From a virus (taxonomy: Duplodnaviria; Caudoviricetes): 64,000 bases of DNA. The number at the start of each line of letters is the position of its first letter. Within the stretch, counting starts at the first letter, position 1. The translations under genes were made by a program, and so were the position numbers. The stretch lies in IMG/VR virus record IMGVR_UViG_3300005841_000939; one strand, 5' to 3'. Shown piece after piece: positions 50,345 through 59,266 of the stretch. The notes under the pieces were generated by a model that had not been told where the DNA came from, searched no databases, and saw only the letters and a list, made by a program, of their open reading frames with translations.

Positions 50345-50659
50345 ATGGCAAGATATGAAAAAACTATTGCAACTAAGGATTTTGTTGTTTCTATTCTTTT
50401 AACTTCAACCCCAACTTCTGTAAGAGACTTATTGCCATCAAGTATTCAAGAACAAATAAATAACCTTATATCATCATCAGACATTCTTGATGGATATATA
50501 GTTGGACCAAATGGTTTTGATGTTACTCGCGATCATCCTGATGCAGCAATAGAAACAATACCTGCCAACGAAAGATATTTATGTCCAATGGAAAATTGGA
50601 TTGATCACGTAATAGTTAGTGGTGCAGGATCTGCTGTTGTACGTATTCTATACAATTAA
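50345..50659 (+). CDS. Hypothetical protein (104 aa), inverted relative to the cluster
   Basis: Fills the only gap between minus-strand genes; its stop overlaps the convergent stop (TTAA). Confidence 0.7.
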   Translation: MARYEKTIATKDFVVSILLTSTPTSVRDLLPSSIQEQINNLISSSDILDGYIVGPNGFDVTRDHPDAAIETIPANERYLCPMENWIDHVIVSGAGSAVVRILYN

Positions 50660-51201
50660 CAATTTCGTAAACAAATAATAAAGTGTGAATTATTACCAAG
50701 ATCGGATAAACTAAATCCATCAACTGGAAATAATTCACTTTCTTTTTCATCTTTCCAATTATTTGTTAAATTGCTGACATATGTTTTACCTGGATACTTA
50801 TCACCCAATCTTTTCCACAACTTAAAACTATGCGGTGATAGATGAGTATCTGATCCTAATTTTCCATATCTATTTAATAATTGCTCATAAATTTGTTGAG
50901 CTATACCTTGACCACGATATGCATCAATAACGCCAGAAAAATTAATTAAAGGTATACCTTTTGGCTCATACTGGTAAGATACTCTAGCGACAGCTTGACT
51001 AGTTTCTTTATCAACAGCAAATGTAATAAAAAGTCCCATTTGAGCCTGATAGGTTGGAAAATAAAATTTATCGTTTTGATCTAAAGATATTGGCTTTTTT
51101 GCAGAAACTATATTAAATCTTTTTTGAACATCATTTGGATTGACGCTATCACCATCATCATTTGACATTGATGGCATTTCATAAAATACTTTAAAACTCA
51201 T
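50656..51201 (-). CDS. GNAT-fold-like protein, possibly packaged in the head
   Basis: VIDAYRGQGIAQQIYE (acetyl-CoA motif A) and SDTHLSPHSFKLWKRL; N-terminus MSFKVFYE. Confidence 0.6.
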   Translation of the reverse strand: MSFKVFYEMPSMSNDDGDSVNPNDVQKRFNIVSAKKPISLDQNDKFYFPTYQAQMGLFITFAVDKETSQAVARVSYQYEPKGIPLINFSGVIDAYRGQGIAQQIYEQLLNRYGKLGSDTHLSPHSFKLWKRLGDKYPGKTYVSNLTNNWKDEKESELFPVDGFSLSDLGNNSHFIICLRNC

Positions 51202-52106
51202 TCAACTACACCTTTTAAAATTTCAGCACTTGGCGCATCAACTTTTTGAATCAACGGATAAATCGCTCTTACTTCTTCTGGTTTCATTGGTCCAGTATTA
51301 GAAGCATTTCTTATACCTTGATTTATACCATATTTTGCAAATGCGTTTGGCATAAGCACACCGTATAATTTTTCTCTTCCTTCTGTTTTTCTTGTAAAAA
51401 CGTAGAAAGGATATCCGCCATACATATTAACATATTGTTGAGGGTCATCAGTTACGCAAAAACGATCCCCTCCATCTTTATTTTTCCAACAAGGCGCCAT
51501 TGCTTGTTCATTAGTTGATACTTTATAAACTTTAAAATTATCATCCTGAGCAACTAAATTTTGTTTTGTTGTGTCTCTATGTTCACCTGTATCAACAAAT
51601 GCTCTTAATAACTTTTGATGATCAAAAATATAACTTATTACTTCAGCGGCATCACCAGTTTGTGGATTATAGTTTTTTATGAAATCGTATTCTGGACCTT
51701 CAGCATGTTTTCCGTCTTTATATTTGTCTAATGCTTGTGACATCAAAGAAAATGCTTTTACATAATCCTTATTTTCACCATATTGATATTTTAAACTTTT
51801 AATAATGTCATATATTTGGGCAGGAAGTGTATCCTTTATTTCTTCTTTAGAATATCCTTCACTTTTTGCATATGACAAATATTCTCCAACTTGAGTATTT
51901 ACTGTTTTAACTATTTCTTTTGCAATTGGAATAAGAAAATAATGTTTAGGATCATATGTCAAACTTCCAGCAGCTTCTTTTGCTTGCTGAAAAATTAATC
52001 TCTTAAAATGTTCAAGTTCAGGATCCCATGAATATTCATCCCAAGTTGAATTGAGTTGATTTAAAAATGGAGATTCTTTTAGGTAAAATTTCTGAAAAGA
52101 TTCCAT
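51198..52106 (-). CDS. Hypothetical head-associated/internal protein (302 aa)
   Basis: Follows gp23 with its own late promoter; N-terminus MESFQKFYLKE. Confidence 0.6.
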   Translation of the reverse strand: MESFQKFYLKESPFLNQLNSTWDEYSWDPELEHFKRLIFQQAKEAAGSLTYDPKHYFLIPIAKEIVKTVNTQVGEYLSYAKSEGYSKEEIKDTLPAQIYDIIKSLKYQYGENKDYVKAFSLMSQALDKYKDGKHAEGPEYDFIKNYNPQTGDAAEVISYIFDHQKLLRAFVDTGEHRDTTKQNLVAQDDNFKVYKVSTNEQAMAPCWKNKDGGDRFCVTDDPQQYVNMYGGYPFYVFTRKTEGREKLYGVLMPNAFAKYGINQGIRNASNTGPMKPEEVRAIYPLIQKVDAPSAEILKGVVE

Positions 52107-52112
52107 AGAAGT

Positions 52113-52120
52113 TATTTATA
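52113..52120 (-). promoter_or_regulatory. T4-type late promoter TATAAATA
   Basis: Exact motif 6 nt before ATG 52106, downstream of the gp23 terminator. Confidence 0.75.
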
Positions 52121-52130
52121 TTTTATCATT

Positions 52131-52172
52131 TAAAACAAAAAACCCACCAGTCCAGAAGACTGATGGGTTTCT
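52131..52172 (-). terminator. Rho-independent terminator after the major capsid gene
   Basis: Minus strand AAACCCATCAGTC-TTCTG-GACTGGTGGGTTT followed by a T run. Confidence 0.85.
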
Positions 52173-52194
52173 TTCTGCTTATAGCAGCGATTGA

Positions 52195-53547
52195 TTAGCG
52201 TGAGCCAGCCAATGCACTGTTACTCAAGTTTACAACCTTGATGAAGCGATAGTAGTTTTCTGAACCCCAAAGTGAATCAAGAATACCGTAACGAGTCATG
52301 ACACCGATTACTGGTTGGAATGATTCAACTTGTGTGGTACGTGAGAACATAACTGGAACGTATGGGCAGTAGATGATACCTGCGTCATTTTCCTTTGGAC
52401 CCTTGTAGCCAACGACTGCGTAGTCTTGTGCTGCGAATGAGTCGCGATACAATGTAAAGCGACCAATTGTACCAACCTTTGCGACACCTGAAACTTCAGT
52501 ATTCAATGAAGAACTGATTGGTGAGAGCAAGAAGTTTTCCAATGATTCCAATGCTGCAACGACACCTGGGGAAGCGATGACGAAGTTACCTGCACCACGA
52601 CGTGTTGCGACAGCGATTTCGTTTGAAGCCTTCAAGAGAACTGTGTACAATGTACGGAACTTCTCTTGTTCCCAGCGACCATCAGCAGTACCGTTAGCAT
52701 TACCAACAGTGCCGTAGTCCCATGTCAATACGCCACCTTGGATAGCGCGATAGATGATACGATTCTTGATTTCCAAGTCGATTTCAGCAGCGATTTCATA
52801 AGCAAGCAAGTCAGTCAATTCTTCTTCAACGTCAACATTGTGCATGTTTGCCAAGTCTTGTTGAGCTTCAAGTGTCCAACGTGCTTTCAACTTACGTGTT
52901 GAAGCTGTGATTTCTTTCTTTTCAATGGTCAAGCCCATTTCACGGATGTTGCCTGATTCTGCATCGCAAACCTTACCATCTGTGTCAAGACGTTCACCGA
53001 AACCAGTCAAGTAGCCTTGTGAACCACCTGAGAGACCTGATGCTGTAATGTCTGCAATCTTGCCGCCAGTGCCTACGCCTGGTTGGTTGCCGTATTGTGC
53101 AATTGCTGCGTTACCGGTGATACCAGTTCCACTTTGTGAACCTGAGAATTGTGGGTAAACAGTATTGTAGCCAGCTTCAACACCAGTTTGTGGGCCTGAT
53201 TGGTAGCGATAGCGCAATGCGTATGCCAAACCAACTGGTGTGAACATTGGTTGAACGCCAACGAGGTCGTTGGTGATCAATTCAGGGAAAACACGCGCAA
53301 CGAGTGGCATTGCGATTCCCATGTACTTAGCAACACCTTGGTTGCCGATGATTGCTGGATTGATGGTGCCGTCTGCACAGCCTGCACCAACTTCAGTTGA
53401 TGTACCACCGTTTTCGTTCAAGATTTCCTTATGGAACCACTTCTCTTCGTTTTCCAAGAGTTGTGCTGTAAGGACTTGTTTCTTTTCTGACTTGATGTGG
53501 GAAATCATTGGTTCCCATTTTTCAAGTAACATTTCGATATTTTTCAT
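52195..53547 (-). CDS. gp23: Major capsid protein
   Basis: LVARVFPELITNDLVGVQPM..PVGL.YALR..Y, RKLKARWTLEAQQDL, EIAAEIDLEI, GIIYCPYVP, MTRYG. Confidence 0.98.
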   Translation of the reverse strand: MKNIEMLLEKWEPMISHIKSEKKQVLTAQLLENEEKWFHKEILNENGGTSTEVGAGCADGTINPAIIGNQGVAKYMGIAMPLVARVFPELITNDLVGVQPMFTPVGLAYALRYRYQSGPQTGVEAGYNTVYPQFSGSQSGTGITGNAAIAQYGNQPGVGTGGKIADITASGLSGGSQGYLTGFGERLDTDGKVCDAESGNIREMGLTIEKKEITASTRKLKARWTLEAQQDLANMHNVDVEEELTDLLAYEIAAEIDLEIKNRIIYRAIQGGVLTWDYGTVGNANGTADGRWEQEKFRTLYTVLLKASNEIAVATRRGAGNFVIASPGVVAALESLENFLLSPISSSLNTEVSGVAKVGTIGRFTLYRDSFAAQDYAVVGYKGPKENDAGIIYCPYVPVMFSRTTQVESFQPVIGVMTRYGILDSLWGSENYYRFIKVVNLSNSALAGSR

Positions 53548-53574
53548 GATTGTCTTTCTTTGTAGAAGGGGTTA

Positions 53575-54642
53575 TTATTTTGTGTATTTTGGTTGTACAC
53601 GTCCGGCCCAATTGTTCATTGGGGTTGCTTCCTTCTTAGGGGAAGTCTTTGTTGAAGCATCGGATTTATCACTCTCGTTCAAAATCTTTTTCTTTTGGAA
53701 TTCAATAGCAGTTGAATCAGCGATTGGTTTGGCTGGGGTTTGTACAACTGTTTTGACTTCTGGTTTCGCAGATTCTTCAATCTTTTGAACCACTTTTTGT
53801 TCTGGTTTAGTTGAAACTTCGGTTACAATATCACGAATTGATTCGTAATGTGTTTCCAACTTTTCAATTTCAACATCTTCAAGAAGCTTGACAGCCTTTT
53901 CACGTTGAGCAGATGTAAGACCTTCAGTCAAACTCTTAATCTTCGAGTGGCGTTCTACTTCTCTCTTCTCTTTCTTGAGGACTACTATGTCCTTCATTGA
54001 TTTTTGAACTTCTGTTTCAAGACGAGCGATTTCTTCTTTTGCTTCCTTAATTAGCTTGTAACCAGTAGTGTCCAATTTGATGAAATTACCAGAAAATGAC
54101 TTCATGATACCTTCAACCAATGGTTCCAATACTTGAATACGGGCCGCAGACTCCATAATCTCCGCTGGAATAGCTTCTGACAATTTGGCTTCCAAGTATT
54201 CGGAAACTTTGTCAATCAATCCAACTTTGAATTTTTTAACCTCTTCTACAAGAGCGGCATTTTGATTTGCTTTATATTCTTGTGCTTCTTCCAACAAAAT
54301 CTTGTTGGCTTCTGCCTTAAATTTTTCTTTTTCTTCTTCAACTTTTTGCTTCAAAACTTTAGCTTCTTCTAATACTGTAGCTTCAAGTTCTGACTTGTAT
54401 TTCTCTGCTTCTTCAACTAGAATCTTTTCATTCTCTGCTGCTTCTGAAAGAAGTGCAGCTTTTGTGGTTTCTAGTTCTTTTTCCTTAGTTGCGTATGCTT
54501 CACTAAGAAGTTTTTCCTTAGCAGAAACACGCGCTTCCACGGTTTCGTTAATAAGGGTACTAATTGATGATTTTGTTGATTCATCTAATTGGCCAGCTTG
54601 GATGCCTTCCAATAATGTTTCAAGTGCGGTCTTGTCAGACAT
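53575..54642 (-). CDS. gp22: Prohead core scaffolding protein
   Basis: Coiled-coil, E/K-rich; KVSEYLE, EGLTSAQREK; lies between gp21 and gp23. Confidence 0.88.
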   Translation of the reverse strand: MSDKTALETLLEGIQAGQLDESTKSSISTLINETVEARVSAKEKLLSEAYATKEKELETTKAALLSEAAENEKILVEEAEKYKSELEATVLEEAKVLKQKVEEEKEKFKAEANKILLEEAQEYKANQNAALVEEVKKFKVGLIDKVSEYLEAKLSEAIPAEIMESAARIQVLEPLVEGIMKSFSGNFIKLDTTGYKLIKEAKEEIARLETEVQKSMKDIVVLKKEKREVERHSKIKSLTEGLTSAQREKAVKLLEDVEIEKLETHYESIRDIVTEVSTKPEQKVVQKIEESAKPEVKTVVQTPAKPIADSTAIEFQKKKILNESDKSDASTKTSPKKEATPMNNWAGRVQPKYTK

Positions 54643-54669
54643 TTCAATAGTCTCCTATTTCTGAAAATT

Positions 54670-54677
54670 TATTTATA
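54670..54677 (-). promoter_or_regulatory. T4-type late promoter TATAAATA upstream of gp22-gp23
   Basis: Exact intergenic motif. Confidence 0.75.
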
Positions 54678-54687
54678 TATAATCCGA

Positions 54688-55383
54688 TTAGATATTTCTG
54701 AGAAATTTTTGTAACTCATTAAGAAATAACTTATTTCGTAATTCCGAGTCTTTTGGAAGTGATTCCAAACTACGTTCTAAACCATTGTAGCATTCAGTGA
54801 TAAGTCCATTATCACCAATGATATATGCTTTATTTTCCAAGATACCTTGGACGAAACCTTGTGGGGCGGATGGATCAGCAACAATATCACTTGCAATCAA
54901 ATCGCATTGTTGAACTGTCTTTGATCCATCTTTATTTGCTTGTTCAGCAAGAACACCTAAACAACGTGTTGAAGATCCAATGCGCAATCCTTCTTCTAAG
55001 AAAGTTTGTGCAATTCTTCCTGATGGATTCTTACCAAGAATCTTTGCCTTACCCATGCAATCATTGCCGTTCCAATTAAGTTCGGTAATATAGTGTGAAA
55101 CTTTATCAAGATTAATTTCAACACCATCAGGGTGACCCAATTCACCAAATGAACGGAATCCAACTTTTGGATTCATTCTTTCAGTTATGTACTTTTGTAC
55201 AACTGGTTCCATTAATTGTTTTGGATACATACGTCCATTGCGATTTTTTACGTTCGCTTGAATGAATGGGCCGGTAATGTAATAGGTGCGTTCTTTTGTG
55301 CCGTCTTCATTCTCAATCGTTTCAATCAAACGTGTGAGTGGAACTGCATCAAAATCTTTAGCTTCAACAATTAGTTTTAGCAT
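54688..55383 (-). CDS. gp21: Prohead protease
   Basis: ITGPFIQANVKNRNGRMYP, GELGHP, GSSTR, DIVADPSAP. Confidence 0.96.
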   Translation of the reverse strand: MLKLIVEAKDFDAVPLTRLIETIENEDGTKERTYYITGPFIQANVKNRNGRMYPKQLMEPVVQKYITERMNPKVGFRSFGELGHPDGVEINLDKVSHYITELNWNGNDCMGKAKILGKNPSGRIAQTFLEEGLRIGSSTRCLGVLAEQANKDGSKTVQQCDLIASDIVADPSAPQGFVQGILENKAYIIGDNGLITECYNGLERSLESLPKDSELRNKLFLNELQKFLRNI

Positions 55384-55395
55384 GCGTGTTTCGCC

Positions 55396-55602
55396 TTATT
55401 TTTTGCTTTCATCTGCCAACTTACTTGCGTCGGATGCGATTTTCTCGGCATCTGCATTAAGTTTTTCAACTACTGCTGGTTTTCTATTATTTATAGCGTT
55501 TTGCAGTGCTCCACGTACAACAAGAGGAAATTGTTCATCGGCAGTGCGATAATCATTCTTTCCAAGTGCTGATAACCATTTCTTAATTGCTTCGTCAAAC
55601 AT
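55396..55602 (-). CDS. Small prohead core protein (gp67/gp68 position, about 68 aa)
   Basis: Helical. ATG 55602 preceded by AAGGA is preferred over the track start at 55632. Lies between portal and protease. Confidence 0.55.
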   Translation of the reverse strand: MFDEAIKKWLSALGKNDYRTADEQFPLVVRGALQNAINNRKPAVVEKLNADAEKIASDASKLADESKK

Positions 55603-55644
55603 TTTATTTCCTTGTGTTTTTATTATAATCAAACGTTATTTTAA

Positions 55645-56070
55645 TTAGCAGCAAATATACAATTCAGGTCTGTAAAGAAATCCATAATCAGTTTTATAAC
55701 CAATAAAAACATCATAAAGTGTATCTGGTTTCAAATTTACCATTCTTCCTGGAGAAACATCACTTAACCATAATTCGGCACCAATACCTCCAGGAATTCG
55801 CGAATCTATAAAACTTTGTTCTAATGGAATACGATATTCAAATGGACCTGGAGCAATGCGTAAATAAAATGAATCAGGAGTTGGAAAACTCCAAATAACA
55901 CCTTGAACATTTTGTTTCTGCCCATCTATGGCTTGGGCTAATTTATAGATATTATCTACATCTAAGTAAATAATATCTCCAATATTAAATGTTTGTTCAG
56001 CATTAGCCTGATACAATAATTTTGGATCAGTGTGTGAGTGACTTATTGTTAAATCTCTATAGGAAGTCAT
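55645..56070 (-). CDS. Hypothetical virion protein, possibly beta-tulip/cement-like (141 aa)
   Basis: FNIGDIIYL...YKLAQA...VQGVI...GAELWLSDVSPG...P...IG pattern. Confidence 0.5.
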   Translation of the reverse strand: MTSYRDLTISHSHTDPKLLYQANAEQTFNIGDIIYLDVDNIYKLAQAIDGQKQNVQGVIWSFPTPDSFYLRIAPGPFEYRIPLEQSFIDSRIPGGIGAELWLSDVSPGRMVNLKPDTLYDVFIGYKTDYGFLYRPELYICC

Positions 56071-56075
56071 TTACA

Positions 56076-57851
56076 TTAAGCGAAACTATCTAAGTTATCG
56101 CTTCCTCCTTTTTCATTTCCACTAGATTCTTCTCCACTTCCAGTTTCAGAAGAAGTTGATTCTTTATCATTTGATGAATCTTTTTCATTTCCTGATTTAG
56201 AACTATCTTTATCTAAATCAGCAAGATCATCTAAGCTATCTTTACTTCCCCCACCTTTACTGCTAGAACCTCCACTATCACTACTTCCTCCACCACCCGA
56301 ACCACCAGCGCCACTAGCTTCATATTCATTCTTATCTTTTTGAAGCCAGAAATCATTTTCAGCAATATCATCATCACTGAATTTCAAGAATTTGCGCATC
56401 AACCATTGCAATGAAAGAAGTGGTTTCTTACCACTGTCTTCATCACTTTCACTGTAACTTACGAAGCGTTCAAAGTTTTCTGAGCGGCGGGTAAGAATAT
56501 CTGTTTCAAGGGCTTCTTCAAACAAGTTGTTACCAATCATGTCAACACGATAATCAAATTCATTGATACCATATTCGTCAGCATAACCTTTTAGACGTAA
56601 ATGACTGATAAAAATTTGTGAGAAAATATCTTTAAAACGATCAACAAATTGTAGAACCATTTTATGGAAACGTACTTCTTCGCGTGTAATGTCTGATGTA
56701 TCGCCAAGACTAAATCCTGTATCAGATTTAACGCGACTCATTGGAATACGCATTGCGCGATACAGTTTATCTAAAAAGTATAGGACGTCATCAATTTGAC
56801 CAAGATTATCGCCGCCAGCTAATGTGTCTACCTTACTACCTTTTCCATTTTGTGATGGAAACCAGAAGTCTTCAATCATTGCTAATGTATCAATAGTTTG
56901 ACTTGTTTCGCCAGTTGTTGGATCAAAAGTTTTTCTTTGACGATATTTCTTCATCAAATTTTGTACATATTGTTCAGCTTTTGCTTTAGGGAGATTACCA
57001 ACTTCAATTGTAAAAATACGACGTTCAGGAGCATGCACCAAACGATAAATTACAAGGGCATCTTCCATTTGACGTAGCTTGCGATAATCAACCTTTGCAA
57101 CATCAAGATATGATCTTACAATCTTCTCATAACGATTAGGACGATCATAAATGCCAGAATTAGCATAAGCTACCATCTCTGTTGGCATTTGAATGATATT
57201 GGTTTCGTTCTTGTGTAAGAAGAATGCAATGTTGTCACTTTCACTTTCTTCCCACAAAGGGAAGGTATATTCTGGCAACAAATGTTTAACTCTAAGGATT
57301 CCACGTTCTTTAGCTGTGATTGGATCAACAACTTTTTCTAAGAATATTTCACCTTCAATCATGTATGCAGTGAACCATTCGTAAATATATTTACGAACAT
57401 TGATAACTTCATTCATCAAATAATCCCACTCCTTGTGGAGATTGGCCATTACATTTTTATTTTGTTGAAAAAGTGGATTAGTAATTGTTAATTGAATTAC
57501 TTGATCTTCTGATGAGAAATTTATTGCTTCATCTTGAATTTCACCCAATGCGAATGAAATTTCTGGAAATAATGCCATACCACGATAAAGTGCTAAGCGT
57601 TGTCCTTTTGGTTGTTCAGTGGCATGAAGAAATGTATTGAAATTTGCCGATTGATTTGCGAATTCGCCTGGTACTGCTGTAACAGTTACATCTTCCATTT
57701 CAGTCGCAGATGGAATGGTTTGGCGGCCATACTTATCACCTTGACGATCAAAAGTATTATAAATTCTTTTGTAGTGAAGTTGTTGCTGATCCTTAGTCCA
57801 ATTGTTTCTGCGGACGAATGGCGATAAAATTCTTGAGAAAAAGTCAGACAT
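56076..57851 (-). CDS. gp20: Portal protein
   Basis: LRQMEDALVIYRLVHAPERRIFTIEVGNLPKAKAEQY, EDFWFP, TLAGGDNLGQIDDVLYF; Gly/Ser/Asp-rich C-terminal tail. Confidence 0.98.
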   Translation of the reverse strand: MSDFFSRILSPFVRRNNWTKDQQQLHYKRIYNTFDRQGDKYGRQTIPSATEMEDVTVTAVPGEFANQSANFNTFLHATEQPKGQRLALYRGMALFPEISFALGEIQDEAINFSSEDQVIQLTITNPLFQQNKNVMANLHKEWDYLMNEVINVRKYIYEWFTAYMIEGEIFLEKVVDPITAKERGILRVKHLLPEYTFPLWEESESDNIAFFLHKNETNIIQMPTEMVAYANSGIYDRPNRYEKIVRSYLDVAKVDYRKLRQMEDALVIYRLVHAPERRIFTIEVGNLPKAKAEQYVQNLMKKYRQRKTFDPTTGETSQTIDTLAMIEDFWFPSQNGKGSKVDTLAGGDNLGQIDDVLYFLDKLYRAMRIPMSRVKSDTGFSLGDTSDITREEVRFHKMVLQFVDRFKDIFSQIFISHLRLKGYADEYGINEFDYRVDMIGNNLFEEALETDILTRRSENFERFVSYSESDEDSGKKPLLSLQWLMRKFLKFSDDDIAENDFWLQKDKNEYEASGAGGSGGGGSSDSGGSSSKGGGSKDSLDDLADLDKDSSKSGNEKDSSNDKESTSSETGSGEESSGNEKGGSDNLDSFA

Positions 57852-57911
57852 TTCGTTTCCTGTTAATTATTATAATACCCTGAGTTTAATTATAATGTTT
57901 ATACACCCCTA

Positions 57912-57919
57912 TATTTATA
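57912..57919 (-). promoter_or_regulatory. T4-type late promoter TATAAATA for the portal operon
   Basis: Exact intergenic motif. Confidence 0.7.
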
Positions 57920-57943
57920 CACTTTATTGACCATTGAACCCTG

Positions 57944-58002
57944 ATTTCATAAAGTTGTATTCCCTTATATAAATAATTATTGGGAATACAACTTTATGAA
58001 AT
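57944..58002 (+). repeat. Perfect 21-bp inverted repeat enclosing a late promoter and covering the HNH start codon
   Basis: ATTTCATAAAGTTGTATTCCC (57944-57964) and GGGAATACAACTTTATGAAAT (57982-58002), with a 17-nt loop. Confidence 0.95.
57968..57975 (+). promoter_or_regulatory. T4-type late promoter TATAAATA for HNH-gp4
   Basis: Exact motif in the hairpin loop. Confidence 0.8.
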
Positions 58003-58892
58003 GTAATGTATGTAATAAAATTTTTGATAATTTTAGAAAACTTTCTAAGCATATCAGGGATAATCATAAAGAATTTTCAATTCAAAAATATTACGATACT
58101 TTTGTAAAAAAGGAAAAAGAAGGTTTATGTCCAATATGCAACGCTCCAACAAATTTTGCATCTATATCTAAAGGATATCATTTAATTTGCTCATCGCGTA
58201 AATGTGCATGCACATTTAACAGAGACAAATTAAGAAAAAATCCAGAAAAATTTAATTTATTTAAAGAAAAAGTATCTAAAAATTTAAAAAACATGTGGAA
58301 ATTTAAAGATAATTCTTTAAGAGTATCAAAAACAACAAAAACTAGGAATAAATGGGTTGAAACTTTATCAGATGATGAACGATCTGAAATTTTTGGATGG
58401 TTAAATAAATTATCACCAGAAGAAAAATCAATAAAATGCAAAGAGTTATTAGATAAAACATTGTTTAAATGGTGGAAAAATGCATCAGATGAACAAAAGC
58501 AACAAACATATAAAAAAATTGTAGAAACAAAAATTAAAAACGGAACATGTCTACCCGAATCAGAAGAATATAATTATTTAAATTACAAAAAACAAGTTAG
58601 AAAACTATCTGAACAAAATTACAAAAAATATAAGGAATTTATAAACCCAAACAACTTAATACGTTCAAGAAAAATGCAACTTGATCATCGTGTTAGCATA
58701 TTTAATGGATTTATTTTAGGTATACCAAAAGAAATCATTGCAAGTCCATATAATTTAGAACTTTTAGATGGATATAAAAATAATCAAAAACACAAAAACA
58801 ATTCTATTTCAATTGAGGAATTATGTCAAAATTTCAAAAAAGTATATTCATCCCAACAAATCCAAAAAAATACAAAGGAAAAACTCCGGTAA
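57996..58892 (+). mobile_element. Free-standing HNH homing endonuclease gene with N-terminal C2H2 zinc finger
   Basis: C-x2-C-x12-H-x4-H at the N-terminus, CPIC...CSSRKC, and C-terminal LDHRVSI...NLELL...NNQKH; very A-rich coding sequence. Confidence 0.8.
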
Positions 58893-59266
58893 TAGCAAGA
58901 AGTTCCTGGGAAACTAAATTCATGCATTTCTTGGATTCCAACGCTAATGTATTGGAATGGTCAAGTGAAAGTTTGGCAATACCTTATATCAATCCTTTTA
59001 CAGGAAGATGGTCAAGATACTTCCCTGACTTTGTAATTAAATACAAAGATAATAAGGGTGTAGAAAAATTTGAAATAATTGAAGTGAAACCAATGAAGCA
59101 AACCATTGCTCCTACAGTTTCTAGAGGAAAATCTAAAAAGACTGTCCTAACAGAAAATAAAACTTGGATTGTTAATAATGCTAAATGGGCATCAACAGTA
59201 GAATTCTGTAAAAAGCATGGTTATGCATTCAGAATTATTACCGAGAATGATTTATTTTTTAAGTAA
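58823..59266 (+). CDS. gp4: Head completion protein (TnsA-like nuclease fold)
   Basis: PTNPKKYKG...RSSWETKFM..LD.N.NVLEWSSE...IPY...YFPDF...IEVKP...NNAKW. Confidence 0.95.
   Translation: MSKFQKSIFIPTNPKKYKGKTPVIARSSWETKFMHFLDSNANVLEWSSESLAIPYINPFTGRWSRYFPDFVIKYKDNKGVEKFEIIEVKPMKQTIAPTVSRGKSKKTVLTENKTWIVNNAKWASTVEFCKKHGYAFRIITENDLFFK

Noticed and set aside
56076-56330. Gly/Ser/Asp low-complexity tail of the portal
   Set aside because: Disordered acidic tails are common on T4-like portals; nothing specific is supported.
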